A DNA stretch of 64,000 nucleotides from Ostrea edulis (Eukaryota), in NCBI RefSeq assembly GCF_947568905.1, contig NC_079166.1:92318001-92382000 (forward strand), read 5' to 3'. The notes under the pieces are model-generated. The model searched no databases and was not told the DNA's origin. It saw nothing but the letters and a program-made list of their open reading frames with translations. A program made the position numbers and the translations under genes. Below are positions 10,851 through 22,148 of the stretch, piece by piece; the first letter of the stretch is position 1; each line of letters begins with the position of its first letter.

Positions 10851-12650
10851 CATGAAAGGTGAAGATAACTCCTATAGGCAATACAAACTAGAGAGTTAAA
10901 CATGGACCCCTGCATATACCAGAGGTGGAATCAGGTGCCTAGGAGTACACATCCGCTGTCGACCTGTCACACCCGCCGTGAGCCCTATATCTTTATCAGA
11001 TAAACGGAGTTATTCGTATTCAAAATCAGTGTGCCAAGAACAGTCCAACAGTCGGTATGAAACACGTCAGACAGCATTTGACCCAATGGTAGGTTACATT
11101 GGCAAACTAGATCGTTATAACGACCATAGAATTTGCAAAATGTTTACTTTAAACAAGACTGTTGAAACCCTTGTATCATCAAGTTGTTTGTCAATAGATT
11201 GCCTCGATTTAAAAACTGATCATAGGCAAAGCAATCTCTTGCGTATGAAAGGTGAAGATAATGAATAGCGATCAATCTCATAACTCCCACACACAATACG
11301 GAAACAGCAAACCAGATCGCCATAACGACCACAGTCTGCGAAATGCTGACCCCAAACGACACTGCCGGAACCCCCGTACCACCAACTCACCTACCAGCAA
11401 CCTGTCTGGACTCAAGAACTGACCATAGCAGAACACGCCTCCGCTCATTGAATCAGCTGAGAGACACACAAACACCATACGAAGGTGATAATGGAACATT
11501 ACCACACAAATATGAGAAGTTGACAATGGAGAAGCCAAAACCATCCCGGGATGTTTGTCACAAATTTGAGCTGCCAGTTTGCCATTGATATCTACCCTCA
11601 ATCAATTGAGAGATATAAACACCATATGCAGGTGATAGTGGAATATTGCTACATAGATATGGGAAGTTGACGATGGAGAAGCTGAAATAATCCTGTTTGT
11701 CATCAAGTGGAGTTATTAGTTTGCCGTTAATATCTACTTTCAATGAAATATTTAAGTGATAAGTAGAAGTTGACGACTCTGTGGTGTCTTTTATTTGGAG
11801 TTCACAGGGATATATCCAATCGATATATGAATGAAAGTCTTTATTGTTAATAGATAAATAAAACGTCGTCGATATACTGTAAACGTATTATATTTGGCGT
11901 GTACGATATTTGGCGGAAATCGTTTTTTCAACAAGTTAGCGTAGATTTGATTTAGCGCATTCCTGAATTACTTTAAACATCTAAATTTACGGATGGCATT
12001 TAGCGATGTACTTGATTTAGCGGAAGCTGCGTTCCGCCAAAGTCGCTAAATAGAATACACAGCCAAATGTAATCTATTTACAGTATTTAAATGTCGAATT
12101 GAAGGCAACAACAAGAATTTTTTCTACTCACATAGAGGTTTTTGAATAAATTCTGCTTCATATAAATATAAAAACAGATCAGCTAATAAAGGAGCACAAT
12201 TCGTGCCCATGTTAATTCCAACAGATTGTTGGAAGACCTGATCATTAAATACCACGAAGATATTGTCAATGAAGAACTCTAGCATATTTCTTATTTCAAT
12301 TTCAGACTATTTGTGCGTGGAGTCAGAGTGGTGTTTAACAAAATGATTTTTTGGATGACTGATCACTAGATATGAATATTTCCGTTTTCCACTTTTGTTG
12401 AAAAAGCAACTGTCTATGATGTCAAAAAGTCTAATCTTTAATTCATCGTGAGGAATGGTCATGCATAGTGTTGAAAAGTCATACGTTTTGATGTTGTTGA
12501 TTTGAGAAAAGTTTTGCGATTTAAAGTTTACTAAAAGTTCTTTAGATTTTTTTAGAATCCACATTTGATTTACACCACTTCTGGCATATGTAGTGGTACA
12601 GTAAGTTTGAAGTTTCTCCTTCACAACTGTTAATATTACGAAACGCATGG
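10851..12650 (-). mobile_element. Rearranged Naiad-type Penelope-like retroelement with decayed reverse transcriptase
   Basis: Minus-strand RT motifs: KTYDFSTL..TIPH, GINMGTNCAPLLADLFL, FNSTFKYIDDV (split by a MITE), and a duplicated FSIVNFPYLCSNIPLSPAYGVYISQL, followed by the same 3' UTR as at 50486. Confidence 0.88.
11877..12083. mobile_element. ~207-bp MITE with TA target duplication
   Basis: TA|CTGTAAA ... TTTACAG|TA; removing it restores the RT YIDD motif on the minus strand. Confidence 0.85.
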
Positions 12651-14878
12651 ACTATAAAACGATAATCAGTTATGTCCAAGTAGAACGACAGGGAAGAATC
12701 ATGATCAAACGACTATAATTTTATACAACTTAATGTCATGAAGAAACATAGGTCAGGTGTTATCATAGAAATAATTGCCATGAATTACACCTATGTATCA
12801 TTGTCTATGGAACAGAACATTGTACGACCTATCTAATTCCCATATGATCTGCATATATTGACACGTTTATCTTTATGTGACATCATTGTACAATGACTGT
12901 GCATGAACATACCCCCGCAAGGCACAATCACGATAAGTGATGGACGTATTGGCATGGTAATACCTATGTCTTCTCAGACCTTTTTGCACAGGATATAATT
13001 TTGGGACACAAATTCACTCACTCGCTACAAATTCACATATTCTACAACATTAAAATCTCCAGGAGTCCGCTTGACAATCTAGTACATAAGTTCTGACCAC
13101 ACCAGCTCACATTGTAATCATGTGTTCAGCTTTGCCTTCATTTTCTTGCATGTGCCTATGTTCGTAATCGACTCTGGGTTGGGATATGTCCGAAATCTGT
13201 ATATGAATGGCGGCGGTGTGGGTAAGACAGGGCTCGTGGTTACTGTAATGTGACGTGCATTTTTATTTTCATATTCAATTTCGTCGTTTTGAACTTTTAG
13301 AAATGAAATATATGAAAAAAAATATGAGATGAAACAAGGAATAATTTCATTAAAATGATTAGCATAAAAAAATTCACCATTCGGGGATCCTGATGCAGAA
13401 TAATGCAATGAAAATAATCACAAATATTGAAAATATTTTGCAAAATCAAGGAAACAAAACAAATTGAGAGCCCGGTAATCAGTTACGCAGAGCTTTCAAT
13501 TCTACCACGGTTATTGCGAGATCAAAGGAATGCCGTATGCATTCTTTTCCAATACACAATACATGATCAAAAGATCATCAGAACATTTATACATATCAAA
13601 CTTCCACAACATAGATAAAGGTATAGGTGTGAAACGTAATTGCGATTTACTCCATGTGGATTTCACTTCCTTGACCTGATTAGACGCTGTGCGTTGTGTT
13701 AAAACATCTGTATGATATGACTCTTCCACGATACCCCCTACTGTTTTTATTCTTCGTCTTTTGCTAAACAAGAATGGAATCGATAACTGATAAATTTAAT
13801 TTCATAACCGTAAAAATCAAATCAATATGAAAAGTGAAGGTAATGCACAGTGATCAATCTCATAACTCCTACAAGCAATACAAAATAGATAGTTGGACAA
13901 ACACGGACCCCTAAACACACCAGAGGTGGGATCAGGTGCCTATGTGGTAAACTTTATGAATGAGATACAAATACCTGTCATTCAATATACGTCAATCGCC
14001 TGCATTCCGAGATCGATACACAATTAAACGAACATGTAAGATAAGTTAACTCTCGTACAGGTATGTGTAGTTTAGTTGGACTGTGTCATCAGAGCAGGTG
14101 ATACAATCCATCAACATTAAATAAATGCTTGATTTTTTTAAAGAGGTACCCTACTATTTCACCTTTTTCGTCAGCAAAAACAAAAACCCTGACACATGTG
14201 AAATGCATTGCGTTTCGGAAGCTGCAATGACGTCACATAACTGTATAGGTAAACGATCGGCTGTATATTTGTGAGTCGTAGTAGAATAGAAACAAAGTTC
14301 TTTTCGAAGATGATGCAGGGTACCCTAGACTTTTATATTTCAAAATAACATATCTCGACCTCAAAGGTTATCCTGCACCATCTACGAAAACACGTACTTT
14401 CTTCCTTAAAATAATTAAAGCAAGTTTTTAGAAGACTGTTATATATCTTGTAAAGTCGAAGAAAATTTGAAATCATTATACGGTCCAGTATATGTATAAT
14501 TCGGTTATAAGAGGCTGTAGAAAATCACAGAATTTCTCCTAGTTGATAAGCCTATATGCAGTGCTAAATATAGTTACTTCTATGGGTCAACTACATGAAA
14601 GGTGAAGATAACGATAACGTATAATATATCGTAATATATGGTTATCAAACTTATATTGATGAATATCAGCCGGTTAAAAAATTTGGCAGCTTATGAGCGA
14701 ATTTTCACCAACGAACCAATATCGGTATTCCCTTATGTGAGTCCTATATCCCCTTTAATCTAACGATTTTAAAAGCAAAACATGAAAGGTGAAGATAACG
14801 AACAGTGATCAATCTCATAACTCCTATAAGCAATACACATTAGAGAGTTGGGCAAATACGGACCCCTGGACACATATA

Positions 14879-16046
14879 CCCAAGGAGCACGAACCTTTTT
14901 CAAAACATTTTTTTAATGGTTTATTGGGGGTTTGATAAAACATTTTTTCAAAACGTTCTAAAAATGTTTTTAAAACATTTCGTCTTTTTGTAAATTGTGT
15001 TAAAAACGTGTAAAAAGCATTTTTATTTTTATTCTTGAAAAGTTTTTCTAATCTGTTTAATGAATTGTTTCAGAAATGTTTTTTAAGCGTTTCATTAAAT
15101 AGTTCTTCAGTCCCTGATTAAAACTTTTTTTTCAAACGTTTTAAGAATGTTATGTTGGCATTTCTGATAATCATTTTAGAAAATGTTGATATGCCATTTT
15201 CTTAAAACAGTCTAAGTACGTTTTCAAAAAATGTCATTAAAATGATATTTTAAATATCTTTATTGAACATTTCAAAAACGTTTTTCAAATCCCTTAGCCA
15301 AAATAACTGGAAATTTTCCATTGAAATAAAATTGAAAATCAATTGAAATAGCAGTTATCATTGAAATACCAGTATTTTATCAGTGATTTGCTTTTGGGGC
15401 TCATTAGAACAGTTATTTCATGACCATTGAAATACCTGTTTTTGGATAAATGTACTTTCAATACCTTAAATTTACCAGTGAAACACAAGTTTTTCTTAAA
15501 ACTTGATAATCAATGCTATAAATAAACATTTTTACACCAGTTAATTTCTATTACAGTTTTTCTGTTTTCAATGGTGAAGCATATCTTAGTCTAGTCAATC
15601 TAAAAGTTATATAAAAGTTTCCATCCTCTAAACCTTTCATCAGAAATTGATATTGATATAATTGATCACAAATTTTCCCTGAAACAGGGACTTTTGGACC
15701 AAGGTCATTTTGGAAAGATCAAGGTCACTCGGAACATATACCTTATGTAAGTAAAAGTTTGTGAAGTTATGAATGAATATTGACACCAAAATAATTACCT
15801 ACCCCCCCCCCGTAATTTTTAAAAAAAAATCCTAGTTAATAATTCTCAAAAACACGGCACCCCCCCCCCCCTTCATCCTTCATTCAAAATGATGCTGCGT
15901 ATCAACGTAGTAAACCCCCCCCCCCCCCCAATGCAACGTACTTTAAAATGGGTGGCTCCCCCCTTCCCCGGCCACTCTTTTTTATTTTTGTAGTAGTGAG
16001 TGGGAAGATTAGGTAGAGGTTATGAGTATTGGCCCCATGTATTAAG

Positions 16047-16099
<53 letters not shown>

Positions 16100-16679
16100 C
16101 ACACGCTATATGATTTTCAAAGAAGTCGATATCGAGAATATTAAAATCTGGTAGGTCCCCCCTCTGAAAAAACAGTAGATTAAATAGATATCGGTAAATC
16201 GGCTGTTTCTTTCGACATGATTCCTGGATGCGCCCTTGATCCTCTCGCTTCTTCAGGATGCTGATCGCGCAGACTCCACATGACGTCATTTAAGGCATTT
16301 GAATTGAGTGTTGGACGAGTGAATATATTTGATCAACATGTTTGCAGCGATATATTATACCGATGACAGGAAAATAGAAGTGGTCCATTCTAAGAAGTGA
16401 ATCGGTTGGAAAATGCAAACAAACATTCACAACTTTCAACTTGTTGTATAGAGACTGTGACAAAATATAGCTAGATCTACTTGATGATGCGAGGGGCGGG
16501 AGAGTTGGATTCAGAGACGTGATGTCGACTACGATGTGGGTAAACAAAGGTAAGCATTTCTTTCGTATAAATTTCAAGTGCAATCACATGGGCCTGTCAC
16601 GAATTTGATCCTTCTCTATATAGACTATACAATAAATTAATAGTGCGGGGGCCTAAATTTTGCAGCCTTTCATGCTTCA

Positions 16680-16710
<31 letters not shown>

Positions 16711-19295
16711 GTATTCTCGAGAGGGAAGTAAAACAGCGCAGATTTCAATTCACTGCGATGATTTACATGGATGTCGTTAGACGAAAATATCGAGATTAAA
16801 GATGTGTTTCTTAATTAGATCTTAGGAGTCGGCAGTTGTATCTGTAAGGGTGTACAATATAAATAACAAACACTAAGCTCTTCGCGATCGAAGCGACAGG
16901 AATGTAACCCAATTTTGGCAAAACACAACACGCGGCCCGGTATGATTTAACTAAATATGACAGTGGAAATGTCCCACCTGATTTCTGGAACGACCACGGT
17001 AAATAACATTGACAATTTAGATTTATGAAACATCACAATGTGTAATATACATAATATATTTTGAGCAGTTGGGCATGCTGTGGGTAGTTTGAATTATCAA
17101 AATCGCAGTACATGTAAATGTAATTTGTAAAATGTAAATACATGACTATAGTACATGTATAGACTAGAAGCTGTAAAACATGTCGACTTGGTACAAAAAA
17201 AAAGATATAATATGATACAAAATTTCTTGTCAAAGCTTTTTTAAAATATTGAATTGAGCCTCAATTTGAGGGACATGTTAATCCCTGAATATTCGTTTAT
17301 CTACAGTGTAGATTACAGTCTTGGATCCAAAGTATTCCTAAAGCTTATATTTTAAATTTTATATAGTTAAACCTCATTATAATGCCCATCGTTTCATTTG
17401 CCACCTCACTTTATACCGCCACTGATTTTGAATGAACAATTTTTTCCAAACATAGGACCGTTACATGATTTTATTACTCTATAATATTGACCTGATCTTG
17501 CGGAGTTGAACTTTCTCGGACTTATTGTTAAACTTTTAAAGAACAACCCCGAAATAATTGACCCATAACCGATCAGGTCAATTAAACAGAGTAATATGTT
17601 TGTACAATTTAAAATAGTGCAAGTGGATTTAGTAAAAACTTACAACTTTTTTGTAGGTGCTGGAAGAAAAGCTTAAAAAAAACAAATTTCAGTGGAAGAA
17701 CTAAAGAATGAGGTGTTTGAGGTGTTAAGAAGTGCCCCGAATAAACCAGGAGGCTCCAATTACATGAAGGTATGTTTTATTAATAATTTAATTTAGAATT
17801 CATTTAATAGGTAGACATGATGTTCAAAGTTAATTAACAAGAGACCATTTTCACAACAAACCACCATTTTTTTTAAACAAAACTTTCAATAGATGTCTGT
17901 ATCGCTGGTACACTTCCAGATTTTGGCTCTAGCTTCACTGATGAGACCAAATAGGTCGTTATGTACATTTGGTTCAACAAAATTCACACAGATACATCCA
18001 ACAAGTGGCCTTCAAAATAACAAGGCCCCTTCTTCATTGATCTGATTTGATTGGATTGGAATTTTTATTTTTATTAAAACATTTATAAATACATTTTGCT
18101 TTGACATCAATTCTGACATTCTTCTAATATCACAAAATGTGGACATATAGTTTCGCAAAACTCTGTTGGAGTTTCCATTATTTTGAATGTACTTGCGACT
18201 TGCATGATACTATTGGGGAAAGCCGATGTACTAAATAAATATTCATGTCCCTCCATGAAAAGATTGTCAATTGATAGCATCTGTTGTTCTTTAACATTTT
18301 TTGGTCTACTTTATAGGGTTGTTATAGATAAATATATATAAATGTCAAGCTCCAAAATAAACCCAACAATGTTAGACCTGTATGAAATTTACAGCAAATT
18401 TATGATCGTTCCCTCATATATATGTAAACTCTCATTTATTTGTTATCTTTTTTTTAATATAGAAACAAAAGGAAAAGAGGCGGAGGTGCTTGCCTGAAAT
18501 CCCAGAGGATGACTGATTGTGAGACGTTACAAATTTCTACACTGTGTTTCGGAAATCCCAGAGAACAGAGGATGACTGATTGTGAGACGTTACAAATTTC
18601 TACACTGTGTTTCGGAAATCCCAGAGAACAGAGAATGACTTACAAGACTTTAAAAATTCCCCACTATGTTTTTTAAAATCTAATGTTACTGTTATATTTG
18701 CCTTTTTTCATATCTAAATAGTAAATATTTTAAACTCTAAATAATATCTTTTGAATCCATATCTCCACAGGACAGTGGTATTTAAATGTCATTTTGCATC
18801 CATCGTCATTCCCACATGCTAAAAACAAAAATCAAAGAATAACAGAAAAGAAAAAATTAAACACTAATCAAATAAGATTGAATACAATGCTTCATATAGT
18901 TTATTGCAACTTTTGAAAATAGGGATGTTTAAAAAATGATATTTTACCGTTAAAAGTGTCTTATAACAATGTTTTGAACACAGTTCATAATATTGTTTTG
19001 AAAACATTTCATAATATTGTTTTGAAAACGTTTTGTTATATTATTATAAAACATCTAATTAAAATGTTTTTAAAATGTTTTCAAACAACGTTTTGAAAAT
19101 GCTTAAGAGAAACATTTTGAAAACGCTTTTACAAAACGATAAAAAAACGTTTTCGAAAACTGTTTTTCAAAACGTTTCCATTCTGTTTCTAGCGCCATAC
19201 AAAAAAACGTTTTAAAAACATTTTTAAAAAATGTTTTCACTCTTTTAAAAGAAACGTTTCTAAAATGTTTCTGTAACGTTTCTGTGTTACCTGGG
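14879..19295. mobile_element. ~4.4-kb non-autonomous DNA transposon, CCCA...TGGG termini and TA TSD (CMC/EnSpm-like, tentative)
   Basis: TA|CCCAAGGAGCAC ... GTGTTACCTGGG|TA. Dense AAAACGTTTT-like subterminal motifs at both ends (14900-15300, 18960-19290). It interrupts a Penelope-like tail that resumes at about 19367. Confidence 0.7.
17657..18516 (+). pseudogene. Last two exons of a spliced cargo gene inside the TA-flanked transposon
   Basis: Exon 17657-17769 (AGRKA*KKQISVEELKNEVFEVLRSAPNKPGGSNYMK) splices in phase 0 to 18463-18516 (KQKEKRRRCLPEIPEDD*). The LRxAPxxxGG ending resembles DUF4806-type transposon accessory proteins (recalled, not searched). Confidence 0.5.
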
Positions 19296-21217
19296 TAGCT
19301 AACTAAACAACCCGAGAGGCATATCTGGGGGAATGCATCTAAACATTAATATTACCAATAGACAGCCCTATATCCTGATCAGGTAAACGGAGTTATCCGC
19401 AGTCAAAATCAGTGTGCCAAGAACGCCTTAACAATCGGTATGAAACACTTCAGACAGCATTTGATATATACAGCACACGTTGATGCAAAGTATCATATCG
19501 ACTGTTAAACGTTTAAACATTCTAGTATTTCCAAAGGAAAACATATAAATTGTAGTATAACATATCTTTGAAACATAATTTACAAATTGACTCAAAAGAA
19601 ACAATCTTAACTACTTATAAAAGGAAATTAATACTATCATTTATGAGAGAATAATTAAAAGCTTTTCAACAATTATGATAGTATACAATATCATTCGAAT
19701 ATCATTCAAACATTGTAAATACACAAATGTCATACGGAACTTCTCGGTGCTATATAATAAACACATTTTCCACTTTGATCGTGGAAGCGTTACGGAACAA
19801 ATCAAAATTAGTCTTGGGGAAATCACTATTTAATCAACTGCAGATGGTTCAAAGAATTGGAAATAAATACATTTACTACATGAAAGGTTAAGATAACGAA
19901 CAGAGATCAATCTCATAACTCCTACAAGCAATATAAAATAGATAGTTGGGCAAACATGAACCCCTGGACACACCAGAGATGAGATCAGGTGCCTAGGAGG
20001 AGTAAGCATCCCCTGTCGACCAGTCACACCCGCCGTGAGCCCTATATCCCGATCAGGTAAACGGAGTTATCCGTAGTCAAAATCAGTGTGCCAAGAACGG
20101 CTTAACAATCGGTATGAAACACATCTGACAGCATTTGATATATATTCTCAAAATGTGTTAGAGCAAGGTGATTTTGGAAATCGAATAACTAACATTTGAA
20201 AGATAACGAATATGTAAATGGGGGGAAAGTATTATACTTTTGATTAAACAACAGTATGCAGCAACACCTTACTTGTGTGAAGCCATAAACCAACTACCAG
20301 ATGTGAAACTCTCTCTAGACTAATAGTCTTCCTGAGGGAAATTTATTTCATAATAGAGGATCTTCAAAATGTTTAAGGCAATAACAACACTTAAGTGAAA
20401 ACCAAACGGTCTGGATTAGATCGAAGCTAGACGCTGTGATATTCTTTGCTTGAATTACAAAATACAGTTGACAAATATGACAACATACTGTTCGAAGACC
20501 TGATCTCCAAATACTTCATGAATTTTGCGAAAGAGAAATTCCATCAAATTTTGCGTAGAATCAGAGTAGTGTTTAACAAAGTAATTTATTTGCATGGTTT
20601 ATCACAAGATATGCATTCCATTTTTATTGACGAAGCAGCTGCATATGAGGCCAAATCGCCTGGTCTTTATTCATTGCGTGCTATTGTAGTGTAAAGTTTG
20701 AAAGGTCGTATAATTGATGTTGTTAATTTGGAAAAGCTCTGGGCTTTAACTATGCTAAATTTGCGTTCGAATGTTTGAAAATCCGCTATTTTCTTCACAG
20801 TATTTCAGGTATCTGTTATGGCACAATATATCTGAATTTTTTCCTTGCGAGCAGTTCACTTTTCTGTGAGGAGTACAGATAGGGGCCTGGTAGAACATTT
20901 ACTGGATCCATCAATTTATCCCTGTAAGGGTTATTGGAATTCAGTATAGGCACGGCACCTCAATTGTTTGTCGTATGTGTAAAACTGAAACGTGATTTTG
21001 AAATTTTTGCGATTTCGAAAGGATCTTTCAGTATAAGTTGGGTCAATAGATAGGGAATTAAAGGCTAGCTTTCTAACATATAGTTGTAATAATGGGCTTT
21101 TGAAGGTAAAGGCAATCGTGTTACAACCAGGACATATTCCTTGTGTAATTTATTTAGTTTCTTATCATTCCTTCAGATCTACTTATTTACTTCTTTTATC
21201 ACTCCTTCAAATTTATT

Positions 21218-21466
21218 CACATGGGTATCCAGGTTGGAATAGGTCCTCAGTGCCCCTGTTTGTCGTAAGAGGCGACGAAATGGGACGGACAGCAAAATCC
21301 AAAGCCACCTGTCACAGAAGATGTGTCACGATAAAGATCTCTCAGTGCTCAAAAGGCTGTATGCACCGAGCATAGGCCTACATTTTGCAATTTTTCATCG
21401 GAAATGGTGACGTCTCCATACGAGTTTTCTTTTTACAACCAACCCACCATCAAATTTTAGAATGCT

Positions 21467-21532
<66 letters not shown>

Positions 21533-22000
21533 AAATCACAATACAAAAGAATTTCTAAGGTGTTTTGAAAATATAGAAATACCACTAAATCTATTGTTAT
21601 AGCAATAAAAATGATAATAATGATATTAATAATAATAATAATAACAACAACAATATTCAACATATACTCTATCGTGCAAAGTATTGCAACATTTTCATTT
21701 TCACGGTTCCTTTCTTTTTATATATTGACAAACTACCCCGTGGGGTTCGAGGTTAAATAGGTCCTAAGTACCATTTGCTTGTCGTAAGAGGCGACTAAAT
21801 GGGGTTGTCCTTCGGATAAGACCGCAAAATCTGAGGTCCCGTATCGCAACAGGCATGATATGATAAAGATCCCTCCCTGCTCAAAGGCTGTAAGCGCCGA
21901 GCATAGGTCTAACTTTTACGGCCTTTCACTGGCAATGGTGACGTCTCTATATGGGTGAAAAATTCTCGAGCGGGTCGTTAAACAATATACAACAAACCTA
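21218..22000 (+). mobile_element. Two SINE-like copies (21218-21424, 21736-22000) with a non-tRNA head and the same tail as the SINE at 5497
   Basis: Shared head GGT..GAATAGGTCCT.AGT.CC..TTGTCGTAAGAGGCGAC; Deu-like GGATAAGACC...GAGGTCCCG...TAAAGATCCC; tail GAGCATAGG...AATGGTGACGTCTC.ATA. Confidence 0.7.
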
Positions 22001-22148
22001 CAAACGGGTGATTTAAATAACTGATAAATACAAGATGGATCACTATAAATAGGTAGACATATCTTCTAACGTTGAATCTACGAACCCCAAACCAAAAGTA
22101 GAAAACCCACAGGGCGTTTTACCTTCCTTGTTTTCTCAATTAATCAAC

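Noticed and set aside
10851-12650. Selenoprotein-type Naiad with in-frame UGA and SECIS
   Set aside because: The visible RT breaks are not consistent in-frame TGA codons, and I see no clear SECIS in the 3' UTR.
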